DNA of 61,277 nt, filler included, from Sphacelaria rigidula (Eukaryota): NCBI GenBank assembly GCA_964200075.2. It is 4 parts of 4 records of this genome, joined end to end, with 100 filler letters (N's around TTAATTAATTAA, not from the genome) between each part and the next. Parts side by side here need not be neighbours in the genome. Positions count along the whole stretch, not along the records: positions 30,696 to 45,938 come from CAXNAA020001842.1; positions 46,039 to 61,277 come from CAXNAA020001843.1; 2 more parts are not named here. One strand, written 5' to 3'. This document shows positions 39,012 through 50,499 of the stretch, piece by piece (the first letter of the stretch is position 1; every line of letters begins with the position of its first letter). Below the pieces are notes generated by a model. The model was not told where the DNA came from and did not search any database. It worked only from the letters and a program-made list of their open reading frames with translations. Position numbers and translations under genes: made by a program.

Positions 39012-39460
39012 GTCGCCCCGGTGGCTCAGTTGGTACCCTCGTAACCTTCTGATGGTCGAGTAGGGGACTTCGATTCTCGGAGCGATCTGGAACCTTTTCT
39101 CACACGCCCAACAGTGGAGAGCGATTATGTCGTGGGTACACTAAAGTCGATTTAACCCTTAGACCGCGAGATTATTTTAGTCTTTCCGCCTTATCCATTC
39201 TTTTTTTCACTTGAAATTGATGCCGATTCAACAGAAGACCAACCTCGCGGTCCAAGGGTTAACGGTCGACGAGGGAAAGGGACTGCTAAACCCTTCTCGC
39301 GATAAAGAAAATAAAAGACAAGCACCGCAGAAGGAAGGTCGGGTACTACAAAAAGAAAAAAGAAAGGGCTCGTGTGTTGACCCCGGCTGATGCGCCCACA
39401 TATACTGAAAGGAATAGACTGATGCCCAGAGTATATGGGGCGACCACACAATATACACAC
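39012..39460 (+). mobile_element. tRNA-derived SINE carrying a nested TTAA element
   Basis: Head GTCGCCCCGGTGGCTCAGTTGG, shared body, CA-rich tail. Confidence 0.82.
39156..39258. mobile_element. 103-bp piggyBac-type MITE
   Basis: TTAA|CCCTTAGACCGCGAG...CTCGCGGTCCAAGGG|TTAA; the empty SINE copy has a single TTAA at 38518-38521. Relatives at about 39790-39885, 40896-40984 and 45200-45295. Confidence 0.88.
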
Positions 39461-39549
39461 AGTAGTCACTCTCGCTTGAGAGTTTAAGAGGCGGTAAATG
39501 CTGGGCGACATCGTGTTGGGAAGAAAGCATTTGAAGTGTGGTTGCTCCC

Positions 39550-39551
<2 letters not shown>

Positions 39552-39598
<47 letters not shown>

Positions 39599-39700
39599 GT
39601 CATCCCATCTTTTCTGGACGCCAGTCTACACCTTTCTGTCTGTGTGCGCATGTGGGCGCATCAGTCGCGGTCACACAGAAGGAGGCCAACACGAGAGATT
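39552..39700 (-). mobile_element. SINE 3' fragment with expanded (CA)n/(TG)n tail
   Basis: (GT)~22 followed by the reverse complement of the SINE 3' body (CTGGACGCCAGTCTACACCTTTC...TGGGCGCATCAG). Confidence 0.8.
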
Positions 39701-40184
39701 TTTTCTCCCCAGATATTCGGCATTATTATGCTTGAAAAGTGACTTGAGAACAGGATCGCACCCCCCGGGGTGATCAGGGCGTTCACCGTGTTCATCGCGA
39801 GGGTGGGTCACCTAGTAGTCATACTATTTTCCAAGTGAAATTGATGCTGATTCGACGGGTGACCTATACTGGCGGTCAAGGGGTCAAGGGTTCATGCAAT
39901 CTGCAAATCTACTCTCAGGACCGGTCTTCGGAACCCCTTCACCATGGGAAGTTGTTCCATACCAAAGTCATGCTCTCCGTGACTTGTGGTCACAGAATCT
40001 AACGAGATAGATGCATCCGCAAGTCCAAGGGTTCCATAGTTCAAGGAGTCGCTTCAATCTGGGCAACGGAATTGACGGTGATATGACATCTCACGAATAA
40101 CATGAAACAAATTACACATCATTTTTGACGCCGTTTTTTTTCCCCGTCTGCCGAATCTCATTTCTCTCTCCTCTACAGGATATA

Positions 40185-40590
40185 ACACGGGATCTTACAA
40201 ATTGGGGATGAGAAAACCGCAGGATTAAAATCTTCGTATCCACATCAAATCTTCAAAATATGGTTCCATTTCTTCACCTACTGATAGCTTTTGACAACTG
40301 CTACACGCTATAGAAATTTGGATTTCGATCGCCGAATTTTGGGGCCCTCGGTGGAAAAATCATATATGGGAATTCCGGGTGTTCGAACGGATGCTAAAAA
40401 TGTTCCGAAGTTGTTATTCCGCCTAGGACCCCAGCATTTCGGTGATCGAAATCCAAATACCCATGGAAGTGTACCAGTTGTCAATAGCTGTCAGCAGGTG
40501 AAGAAATAGAACCATATTTCGAAGATTTGGTGTGGACACGAAGATTTTAATCCTCCGGTTTCCTCATCCCCAATTTATAAGATCCCGTGT
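40185..40590. mobile_element. MITE with ~120-bp TIRs and TA target duplication (Tc1/mariner-type)
   Basis: TA|ACACGGGATCTTACAAATTGGGGATGAG...CTCATCCCCAATTTATAAGATCCCGTGT|TA. Confidence 0.85.
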
Positions 40591-41546
40591 TATGGGGGTC
40601 ATGTATGAGAACACAGTTCAAACGGAACAGGGTTGGAATCACAGTCGCATCAGGGAGGGGTCATCCTAGCCACAGCAGTTTTTGTGCGGTGAAATCTTCC
40701 CTGCTCTCCACGGTCCCTTCGCCGCCCAAAACCAGAAAACGCGTGAGCAGGGGAGACGACGATTCTGTGATGCAAATACGGTCAGTATTCGAGGATATTC
40801 GGCACGACAAGGCGGAAAAAATGGGCAGACAGGGGTTGGCTACACCGGCATGCCCTCTCTCCACCGTTGTGTGCGGAACCTCGAGGTGAAATTAACCCTT
40901 AGAAGGGATAATCTGCTGAATCAGCGTCGATTTCACTCGAAAAGGGATGCATGATCCAGATTGACAACCCTCTCGGTCCAAGGGTTCAAATACAACTTCG
41001 TAGAGCACAGAGTCTCAGGGTCGAAGCAATTTTCCAAGGGTCGGACAAATCAATGATTCGTCTGAAATTACCTAGTTTTAGTTTAGGTGATTCGAATCGT
41101 ACGAATCAATCCCTGGGCTTTGTTTTCAGCGTTGCAACCCAGATACACGCAGCCCAGACATGTGGAATGGCGCAAAAGTTGCTCGGATACCCCTTAGACC
41201 AGCGGTGAACTTTTTTCTATTTTTTTGACAATGAGCCGAAGAAATCGTGGATTTGGTGATTCGGACCCGTGATGATTCGTCCTAACCGTGCAATCTTCAC
41301 ATAGAGTAGAATTCGTCCACTAATTTAAAAGTATAAATTTACAGCTACCGCTCCCACGATGGGAGAAGCCCGCCGTAACCTTTTCCCCACCGCGCCGTCA
41401 ATAAACTCCTCACTTCTTCCTTCAAAGAATGTTTCGTCACCTCCCCACCTCCCGACCAGCAGGAGAATCGGATTTTGCTCCAAAAAATTCTCACAACGAA
41501 CCAAAGCAAGCGAGAATTTCCCATGAAAAAACTACAAGGCAATAAT

Positions 41547-42812
41547 CTAAGCGGGTTGCTTCTCAGGCTCGGCCACAGCACTCTTCTGATTCTTTGGGTG
41601 CAGCTCGTGACGACGATCGTCTTTGTACATCTTCTCCTTCATCATGGCCGCGATGCCTGCCTTATCGGGAATGGGCATGGGAGGGTCCACTTCGGGACGT
41701 TCCCCAGATGCCACGAGCTCCGCACGGCGCTTGTCGTACTCCGCCGCGGCGATGGACTCGATCACCGAAGCCTTTGTGTCGATACCGGGCTCAGCTTCTT
41801 CGAAAATCTCATACACCGGGGGCTTTCCTGGCCAGTTGATCGTATCGCATTCGATGGGGTGCACCGTTGGCGTGCGGTTCTTGTCGGAGAGCCTCGTCTG
41901 TTTTTCCATGTTGTTCAATATGTGTCCGCCATTTTTTTTGGTTGGGGGCACACGCAACGGGTAGGGGAAAGAGGCGAGCAAGCGTGAGGTAGACGGCGGC
42001 GGAAGACGGTTGAGCGTTTGTAGGCATTTGCACTTGGTATGGAACATGGCCGTGTATGTTGCGTACAAAACGGCAGGAAAGGTCTCGAGTTTCTCCTCCT
42101 GTTTTTTTTCATTTGTCCAAGGTGAGAGGTTCTATTGCTCCATCTTCTCCTGTGGAAAGACCTCGAAATGCGTACTTCCAAATGTATTTTACACGACACG
42201 CGCTCCCTACGCCCCCCCCCCCCCCGGTCGATGCCAAACGACTATTAATGAGCAACAAATGAGTACGCCCCCCCATCCCCCCTTAAACTGACATGATAAT
42301 GGTTAGGCATATAGGAGAGAAGTGGAACAAAGTAGGGTTTCAAGAGTCAGTCTAGTCATGTTGAGATCGGTGGAGATACGGTAGCGTGGAGCATGGCTTC
42401 TGCGATAAAAAAAACTGGTGAAGAAAAGTCAAGATGTTGTGCACTAAACTCCCGTACCATCTCCTCATGTTCCGTGTAAAATAAAACGTGAAAGGCGGCT
42501 TCAGCCTCGACATCTGCAACCGATGTTCCAGCAGTCACATGGCAAATGAGAGTACAGAGAAACAAGAACGAAGCTACTGCATAAAAATAGTTCACCAGGG
42601 GTCCACAGCGTCTCTCCTTTCCTTTCTATATTTTGAGTGGATTGGTCATCTCGTTCTTCCGAATGTACCATGTTGCTGAGGACTGTTTCTCTTCCTTCTT
42701 TGTTTCTAATGAATAACCGTCACCTTCTTCGGTCTGTTCTTGACGTGCTTCTTGGTCCCCTTGTTTTGACGGTGCTTCGCCATGTACAGCCCGGTGCGGT
42801 TGTCCCGCGACA
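41547..42812 (-). CDS. Plastid-specific ribosomal protein 6 (PSRP6/cL38)-like protein. Exons about 42812-42724 and 41897-41547; upstream targeting exon(s) unresolved
   Basis: A phase-0 GT-AG splice gives MAKHRQNKGTKKHVKNRPKK|TRLSDKNRTPTVHP, resembling (from recall) the PSRP6 core K.T.HH.K.RP.K.R.SD.NR.P.VY, followed by an acidic/proline-rich extension. Confidence 0.65.
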
Positions 42813-44988
42813 CTGATGTTTGGGACGACGACGACGACGACGACGGAGCGACAAACAGGATCGAGGTACGTGCTCACATCTCCAGCGGTTCAACTCCACA
42901 TTCAGGGAACATTCAGGGCAAACCAACGGTGTTTTGTGTCTTGTGTTTTGTTTGTGTGTTTGCACGCGCGCAAGTAGCCTATAGTTGAATTTGTAGACCA
43001 TGATACTCGGGTCTTTACGCTTGTTCAGGAAAAATGATCCGTCATTTCGTCGGCAGGGTCCACCACTTGGAAGGTAAGGGACTTTCCGACTTGATTTTAG
43101 TCTGGACAACGAAACCCGGGTCTTTACTGGAGAGCTCTCGCAACGCGCACTCTGCCTAGGGAGCCTTTCGTGAGGGTATTCGGTATGCCTTTGTCAGGGT
43201 TACGGCTAGAGTTTATTCGAAATAATATTTTTTCGATAAATATCTATACCCACCATGTGGTGAACTAACCTTGATTACATCAAGTTGCAGCATCAAATTC
43301 GTATATTTTACCCACTTCGGGCGAATAATTCATGCTTGAGAATGTGTCGAGCATCATGTTCAGATTTTCACAGGGCTCGCTCTGTCCTCTACCCTCGCCC
43401 AGCGTCCGTCGCACAGCTCGCAGCACGTGTTACGGATTACGTGTCGGTGACTGAGGCTCCAATTCCAGCCGAAGCAGAGCACGATGACTACTGTAGAGCA
43501 TCCACTTTACACGCTTGCCTCGCACGAGGGTTTCCGGGTCTGTGCCGGGTTGGCGTTTGGGATAAAGCTAGCGTTACGGTTATCAGAATAGGATCCCAGC
43601 ACCGTTACTTGTGCCGAACTGGGGGGGCGGACGCCTCGACATTTTTTCCCCTGCAACAAGTTGTTCATGTATGTATGTATATGTAACGTATTCAACCGCG
43701 AAACATTCTAGGTCACATGTTTTCGTGGGTGCGGATGAAGCGTCGTCGAGCTACCGACGAGTCAGAGCCGAGTATCTTGGTCAACAAGCAGGCGTCTTCA
43801 TCTCGAATTTTCCGTTTTCATGTCTCAAGCAACGTGTGGAGGTGAGCTTCAAGTTCTTCCAGGCGACAATTGTGATCGACCCCCTCGCCGTGATATGGCC
43901 GTAACGTACAACCGACCGAAGTCAGTCCTTACACGCAGACATCTGCAGTACACAATGACACTGCTGTGCGAAACTGCTCTTTACGAGGGAAAAAACAACA
44001 TGGTAAAATTTACCAAGCTCCTCCCCTGCCCTGCTTCCGGGGTTATCGATCATCATTTGACCCTCTTAGCACACACGAATGGATAACTACCATATATCTG
44101 ACCCAGTCATTTTCCCTCAAGTGAAGGGCATGCTGCTGACCCAACATAATAAACACGCTGCTCGTTTTGTGGGCTCAAGATTCGAAAATTACGGCCGTCA
44201 TTCTCTAGCTGCATCACCGTACGAACAACACCATCATGTTTCCTGCACCCTCGAGTCTCATTTTTCTCATTCTATCTTGGGTTCCTGAGGCCAACGACAC
44301 GATGAATGATGCAGTAGTATCAACGATGGCGCTATTTGGTATTCGTGGTCTTTTGTACACTTCTTTTTCCCTTCCACAGTCGATTTTGCCCGAATTCTAG
44401 TCCATGGAAAAAGAGGGAGAAGAAGATATATCTGTTGTTCAGACAGCGCTCACCATCCCAAGGGGGTGAACTTTTCGTGTCCTCAAACATACATCGCTTT
44501 TCCTGCGCGGGTGGCCTTGCTCGCTGGAGTCGTGCGGTACGCCGCGAGGAACATCGCCCGGGGACAAAGGAAGCCCTACTTCAACCCTCTCCCTTCGTGT
44601 GAACAAAGGCTGTGATACGGATAGCTTCAGTATATCAATATTCCGTTTCATCGGAAGCTTTCGATGAAAATCTTATCGCCAACGCCACAGTTTTCGGCGG
44701 CGTGGCCACGCCACGGCTGACGGGACACTGGAGCATGACCCTTCTTTTATCCCGGGTAAGGCACTCCGCAAGACTGTGTGTCCTATCGTGACATAAAATG
44801 AAAAAACAGAACTTGTGTGAAAGTGATATTGATCGCGCAGGACTACTCACCACTTCACCCCCCCCCCTTCCCTGCCTGGTCCGACGAAAACCCGGCGTGC
44901 TCCGCCCGGGCTTCGTAGGGATGTGAGGTCAATGGTCATGTGACGACGGCATGCAATATTGTGAATACACCCTCCATCCCCCCCTCTC

Positions 44989-45052
44989 GGGCTCCGTCTC
45001 GAAAGGGATGCGTGGTCAATGGCCAAACGACCGAGGCATGAGTACGCCCCTC
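44989..45052 (+). mobile_element. 5'-truncated LINE 3' end
   Basis: GCTCCGTCTCGAAAGGGATGCGTGGTCAATGGCCAAACGACCGAGGCATGAGTACGCCCC; CCCCTCTC on both sides. A shorter copy lies at about 42226-42275. Confidence 0.75.
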
Positions 45053-45938
45053 TCCCTCTCTAAAAAATAATAATACGCACGTGGGGATGATACCGAGTAG
45101 CTTTTTATTTGTTCCAACTCTCGAAAACTTCTGGGCCGATCGAAAAAGTAACACCATAAATGTGTTTCGGGGATTTGGAATTTTTGGTTTCAGCTTCAAC
45201 CCTATGCCCGCGAGGGTAGGTCATGTGACCATGAAGTCATTCAAGTGAATTTGATGCTGATTCAACAGTGACCTATGCTCGCGATCGAAAGAGTTGAGGC
45301 CGAAAAAACGGGCAAAAACGAGCTTTTACGCTGATACATAATTTTGTCAATTCTATATTGGGGGATGCGGCGAGTTTTCTTATTATTATATGAAGACCAC
45401 AAGAAAACCAGCGTTTAGTTTTCGTCAGCGTTTACTAGCATCGGAGGGATTCATGCAGCAGTTCTACGGCTTTTGCTACAACGAAATTAGCAGAAGCAGC
45501 GTTGATTTGGCGATGTGAAACCCACAACCGCGTTGATGTTTGTTTCATGCCTAGTCAAGAAAGATACAGCTGGAGTCGGCTTCACATCTGCAGACGTAGC
45601 CCACACACTATGTGGCTTGGCGTGCTGCAAGCTGTGATCTGCAGGGCGCCCTTGGTGTTTAGTCAAAACGCGCTGGGGAGGGGTGTCATCTTGAAAACTT
45701 TCAGTCCTTTTCCCTCTGTCGGGGGCACCTCTACCCTTTGCCCACACGCGAGGTATGGTCCTAGCACGAGAAAGGGCGTTTTTCTTAACGCACGAACTAC
45801 TTGCCGTTTAATTTGTAGGTCATGATTCATGCTACGATGGGGGGGGGGGGGGGGGGTAAACCCCCCGACAAAGGGGGTTTGGGGGTGTGAGGCGAAAGGA
45901 CAAAATTTTTGGGAAAACCTTTCTTCCTTTTAAAACAA

Positions 45939-46038
45939 NNNNNNNNNNNNNNNNNNNNNNNNNNNNNNNNNNNNNNNNNNNNTTAATTAATTAANNNNNN
46001 NNNNNNNNNNNNNNNNNNNNNNNNNNNNNNNNNNNNNN
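45939..46038. other. Artificial contig linker
   Basis: Same N-TTAATTAATTAA-N structure. Confidence 0.97.
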
Positions 46039-46045
46039 GGATCGA

Positions 46046-46197
46046 CGTTTTTCAAAACCAATCCGGCCAGTCCCTGCAGGTACTACGCCTCTGACCATAA
46101 CCCCGACACCAACCTTAACCCTAACCCTAGCCCCAACCGTAGGGATATTTAAATACCGATGCGATCCTCTAAGCACGCGGTCCTCTCACGCATTACA
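46046..46197. mobile_element. Partial copy of the telomere-repeat MITE (right half)
   Basis: CCTTAACCCTAACCCTAGCCCCAACC followed by CTAAGCACGCGGTCCTCTCACGCATTACA, as in the 48030-48234 copy. Confidence 0.75.
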
Positions 46198-46297
46198 CTA
46201 AGCACGCCCTAGACAGTTTGGCATTCTTCGGCTAATCCGGGAATATAATGACGATACGTGTATCGCTTCTCCGTCGCTAGGGGCAGATGCCAATACT

Positions 46298-46495
46298 CAG
46301 GGGCGCTTGCCCGTATCCAGATGCGCTCCCCCCTACCCAGGTGCGCTTCCCCATAGTCAGGGGCGCTTGCCCTTAATCCGGGCCGTTCCCCCCTAACCAG
46401 GGGCGCTTCCCCTTAGTCAGGGGCGCTTGCCCTTAATCCAGACCGCTAGCCCTTAAGCGAAAAGTTGCCCTTAACCGGGCGTTGCCCTTAACCTG
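46298..46495. repeat. 20-bp tandem array (about 9 units, some 60-bp higher-order pattern)
   Basis: CAGGGGCGCTT(G/C)CCCTTA(A/G)T units at 46298, 46338, 46358, 46398 and 46418, with diverged units between and after. Confidence 0.85.
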
Positions 46496-48029
46496 CAACA
46501 GGGCCTCATGGGAACTTACTCCGGTTGTCCGGGAATAATCGGAACGAGGCTTTCAGGGCGCCAAACAAACCCCGAGGTTTCAAGGCAGGCGAAGCCAGAT
46601 TGTGCTGTGACCGAGCAAAGCAATGCACCATATGTCGAGAATATCTTCAACAAGGCGCGAACCAGGCGCATGTGGGCGCCGATACAAGTGGTGTCTCGCT
46701 GCCTGTACTTTTCCCGAGTGTGGCGTTCAGCGAATCCGGCGTCCATCGCTTCTCTCCAGATTTTTCGTTGGCATCATCCATGCAAAAAAGCTTCAGTGCA
46801 CTGCTCCATTACCCAGTCAAGCACACGCAAACACAGCGGGCCGAGCCCCATCACCTGGGTGTACGGAGGAAGCAATCGGGTAACTTTGCGTTGAGGATCA
46901 TGACTCGTCGCCAAGGTGATGTGCTTTATAAACCTCCGGCGAGTAATTATACCATGTGGCATTGGAGGTATGCAGCACCGTATCGCAATGTACTGCACTG
47001 TCTCCTCATACTAAAGTGGTCGATTCATCGCCATGCCGCGCAGATGTCGTTCGAGAAGATGGCAGAGAGACTAGTGATCGTTTTTGGAATATTGGTCAAC
47101 ATTTTGCCAGAAAAAAAGAAGCAAGACAATGACGAAGCAACCAACGAAGCAAACCAACGAAACAAGCAGTATCGGTGCCACACAGACAGGACAGCCCACA
47201 GCATGATCACCATGGAACCTTGGAAAGGCTTGATACAGCTGCTACGCTGCTGCGTCCCGACGTACTAACAAAACAGGGAGAAGCAAGAATGGCAGGAAGG
47301 GGGGCAATACAAGGACTGTGCTGCTGCGCCTTCCTGTAGCAACTCAACAGGAGTGACCGCCGCAAACAACGGAAAAGACGGTAGATCCTGCCGAGCTGCC
47401 CCATGCATGCTGCTGTGGGGACAAATCGACAGCCGCGGGTCAACGGAAATACCGCGAGGCCGTAAGCTGGCGAACCAAGTAAACATATGGAACCGACCGC
47501 AGGGGAAGGGTGAGAGTATAATGTATTGTTGTTGGAGCTCGTGCTGAATTGTGCTGTGTTTCGGTGGCTTTTGCCATCTGTATATATATATGTTTTGTGT
47601 TGTGCGTTGTTCGCTGTTCGTACATGCTATGCTTTGTGTAGGAGGTGTACACGAACAACGGGGCAGTGACTGTTGCACAAACCAAATGAAACGAAGCGCA
47701 CGGGCGATCGCAACAATCTTCCCAGAAACACGGCCCCCGCCTCCCCCCAGGGAGCTCGGAGAGCCGAAGGTGTTCTTGTAATACTCGTCTACATGCAAGT
47801 TGATAGGCCAAGCGACCGAGCACTCGACCGAAGCATTACACAGGACCAACAGATGGCCTTCGTTGTTCCAAAGATCACTTGAGGTGAATCGGGACTCTCC
47901 ACCCCCCGTGTACCGAACGGGCATCGTTGATCGGAGCAATGAAAAATGAGAACACTGCGATATGAGGTACATACCGTCTTCGTACAGCTGCGGCATGGTG
48001 GACAAGAACTTAGTACCACTGTGATGTGG

Positions 48030-48234
48030 TGTTATGGGTGGGAGGACCGCGTGCTTAGGGGACCACATCGTAGTTCAAAACACCGCAGGGAAGACTTTTT
48101 TCACAACTGATCGGACCATACCACGACCCTGACCCTAACCCCGACGCTAACCCTAACCCTGACGCTAACGCTGACTATAGGGTGTTTTAATTGCGATGCG
48201 GTTCCCTAAGCACGCGGTCCTCCAACGCATTACA
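48030..48234. mobile_element. 205-bp MITE with ~55-bp TIRs, TGT...ACA ends and internal (CCCTAA)-like repeats
   Basis: TGTTATGGGTGGGAGGACCGCGTGCTTAGGG...CCCTAAGCACGCGGTCCTCCAACGCATTACA; inside: CCCTGACCCTAACCCCGACGCTAACCCTAACCCTGA. Confidence 0.85.
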
Positions 48235-50124
48235 ATGGTGGACATTAACGGAGGAACTTGCGCGCAGTAGCACCCTTCCCCCCTTCACCGCACGGAGGCG
48301 GTTTAGAGCGGAACGGAGTTTTGTGGCCTACACTCCCGAAGATGGTAGGTACAACCCTTGCAAACTGGAACCATTTTCTTTTCCCGTTGATACCCACTGA
48401 CGGGTTCGCCCAGACCGGTGGCGAGGCAATTCCCGGCTTCGGGCCAACCTTGCATGCTGTGGGACGCATCACAGCGAACATTGACAAGCGAAAAGTCGGT
48501 GTCAAGGTGGGCTTCGCCGAGCACTACTCAGTAACTGGCAGCAGCTGTGTGCTCGATATTCATATGGATTAGCTCCTTCCAGCCTCTTTTGTCAAGATCG
48601 GGGACTATTCCCGCATCTTCCACGGTTTCGACCGGAAAGATTGGCGATTCGTTGATGTACCCCGACCTAACATTAATGGGCTGACTCGTGGCGAGAATAC
48701 AGCGTGTCTACTCCATGTTCATCCAGTGAAGGTGAAACAAAGCTGTCAAATTTTTCACCACGGGAGGGGGGAAATGAAATGAGCCAAATATTTGATGTGC
48801 GGGAAATTCGTGTATCTTGGGTGGATCCTGCCCGGGTGCATTCGTACCCATGAGTAAGGGTTTCGGTATACATGTAGGGTACATTAACTGAATAGTTCGT
48901 CCTTGGGATCGACGCTGCAGAAATCTATGCACGTGATAACAGCCGTAGGATCTGGCTTTGGGGAATATAGCTGTCGATAGTCGCCAACGTTGGCACTACT
49001 TGAGGTAGAGTGCGCCCTCGAGTCCGCAGCAATGTTGTTTTGCGAAATTTCCAGCTACAACACGCATTAGAGATGCCTCCAGAGCTCAGCCGGCCTCGTG
49101 CTTCAGTTCGGTGCCCCAGCGAGACGTCAGTGGCCAAGCGCTACCATCGACTGTACCGGTGCACCGAGACAAGTGAGTACTATGCCGTGCGCTGGATACT
49201 GGTACACAGCGTACAGTGCAGCACTAACCTGGAACGATACTGACGTATCGCGCAGATGCTGCAACTGGAGGCGTACGGGGGAAGTCGCCACAATGGCATG
49301 TTTGAAACGGAGACAAATTTCGTGCCTTGGCACCAGACGTGACATCACAGCGGTATCCGTGCTGCGATCCATTGGGGTTAATACATCATTCCCGAAACGC
49401 CGCAACCCCAAATGAGCAAGTTCAAGAGCCAAGTCCCACTATCCCTAGAGCCATTCGCAGGTTTCGCGCGCATTGCAGGCGCAATATATACAATAGTTCT
49501 ACACGAACCATTTTTTGGCACCAAATTCCGTCGCTTTTCGTACAGGCAACAAAACTGGATGGCCGTGTGCAGGTTCCTTATTTGTAGGCAGCACTTAGCC
49601 ACCGAAGTTGCATCGCTAATTTACGCTGACTCCAGCTGACACACTGCAGCTCGGTCTAGCTCCTACATGGGCCTCCCGTGTGCATTCGTAGGGTCAACTC
49701 TAGGTCATGCGCTCTGGAAGGGTGTACATCGGGCCTACGTTCGCTGGTATAGTCTACACTTAGCCGTGCGCGTTGGTAGGGTGTGTATTTGACGCATTGG
49801 GCTTCGGTGTGAGTGACAGCACAGGGTTTATTTGGAGAATGGCGACGGGTAGCAATACTTGAAGCGTTTGATCTGTATGATCATTTTGCGCTTTGCTGCT
49901 CGCAAACGTCGAACGTCACGCGAGTATTAGGCCAGATGTATCACCCAATGATGAGGTATTCTTGCTGGTACGTATCCCACAGTCGAATGTCAGTTCACGT
50001 CAGGGACAATGCCTATTCAGTTAGACACTGGACCCCAGTCATGGATACTAGAGCTGCTTATAGCCGGATATTCTAGAACGTGAGTACCTCGCCGTCAAAT
50101 GCCCACACCCTGGACAATCCAGTA

Positions 50125-50499
50125 TGTAATATATATATATATATATATTGCCCGCTCAATATGTCGACGCGTCGGGTCGTCAATATGTATTGGGCGAGCA
50201 ATATGATGGAAGGAGAGAAGGTCAATATATATTGTGCCATCAATATATCAAGGCTTGCGACATACAATATATATCGACCGAACAGTATATCACGACACGC
50301 ACCACCTCGATATATATTGACCGGGAAATATGTTGGTGCGGTAAGGCACCACTATGTTTATCGAGTAATATATTGGCTGCCACCCGAGGTCATTAGATAT
50401 CGACGATCCAACATACTCCACACCCGAAGCGCCAACATATATTGCCGTCCCAACATATCGAGCGTCAATGCGTCCAATATATATTGCGCAGACATTACA
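50125..50499. repeat. Array of ~15 CAATAT(AT)ATTG-like palindromic motifs with variable spacers, foldback-like
   Basis: Motif recurs every ~15-30 bp; left and right halves are partly reverse-complementary. Confidence 0.65.

Noticed and set aside
42356-42595. 79-aa ORF with a signal-peptide-like start
   Set aside because: It lies inside the PSRP6-like intron with no splice or homology support.
44490-44610. Candidate targeting-peptide exon for the PSRP6-like gene (ASFVPGRCSSRR..., phase-compatible donor)
   Set aside because: An in-frame stop lies just upstream and there is no clear start or signal peptide; it cannot be supported without transcripts.
46100-46140. Chromosome telomere near a contig end
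   Set aside because: Only a few degenerate units, and they belong to the MITE also found at 48030-48234.
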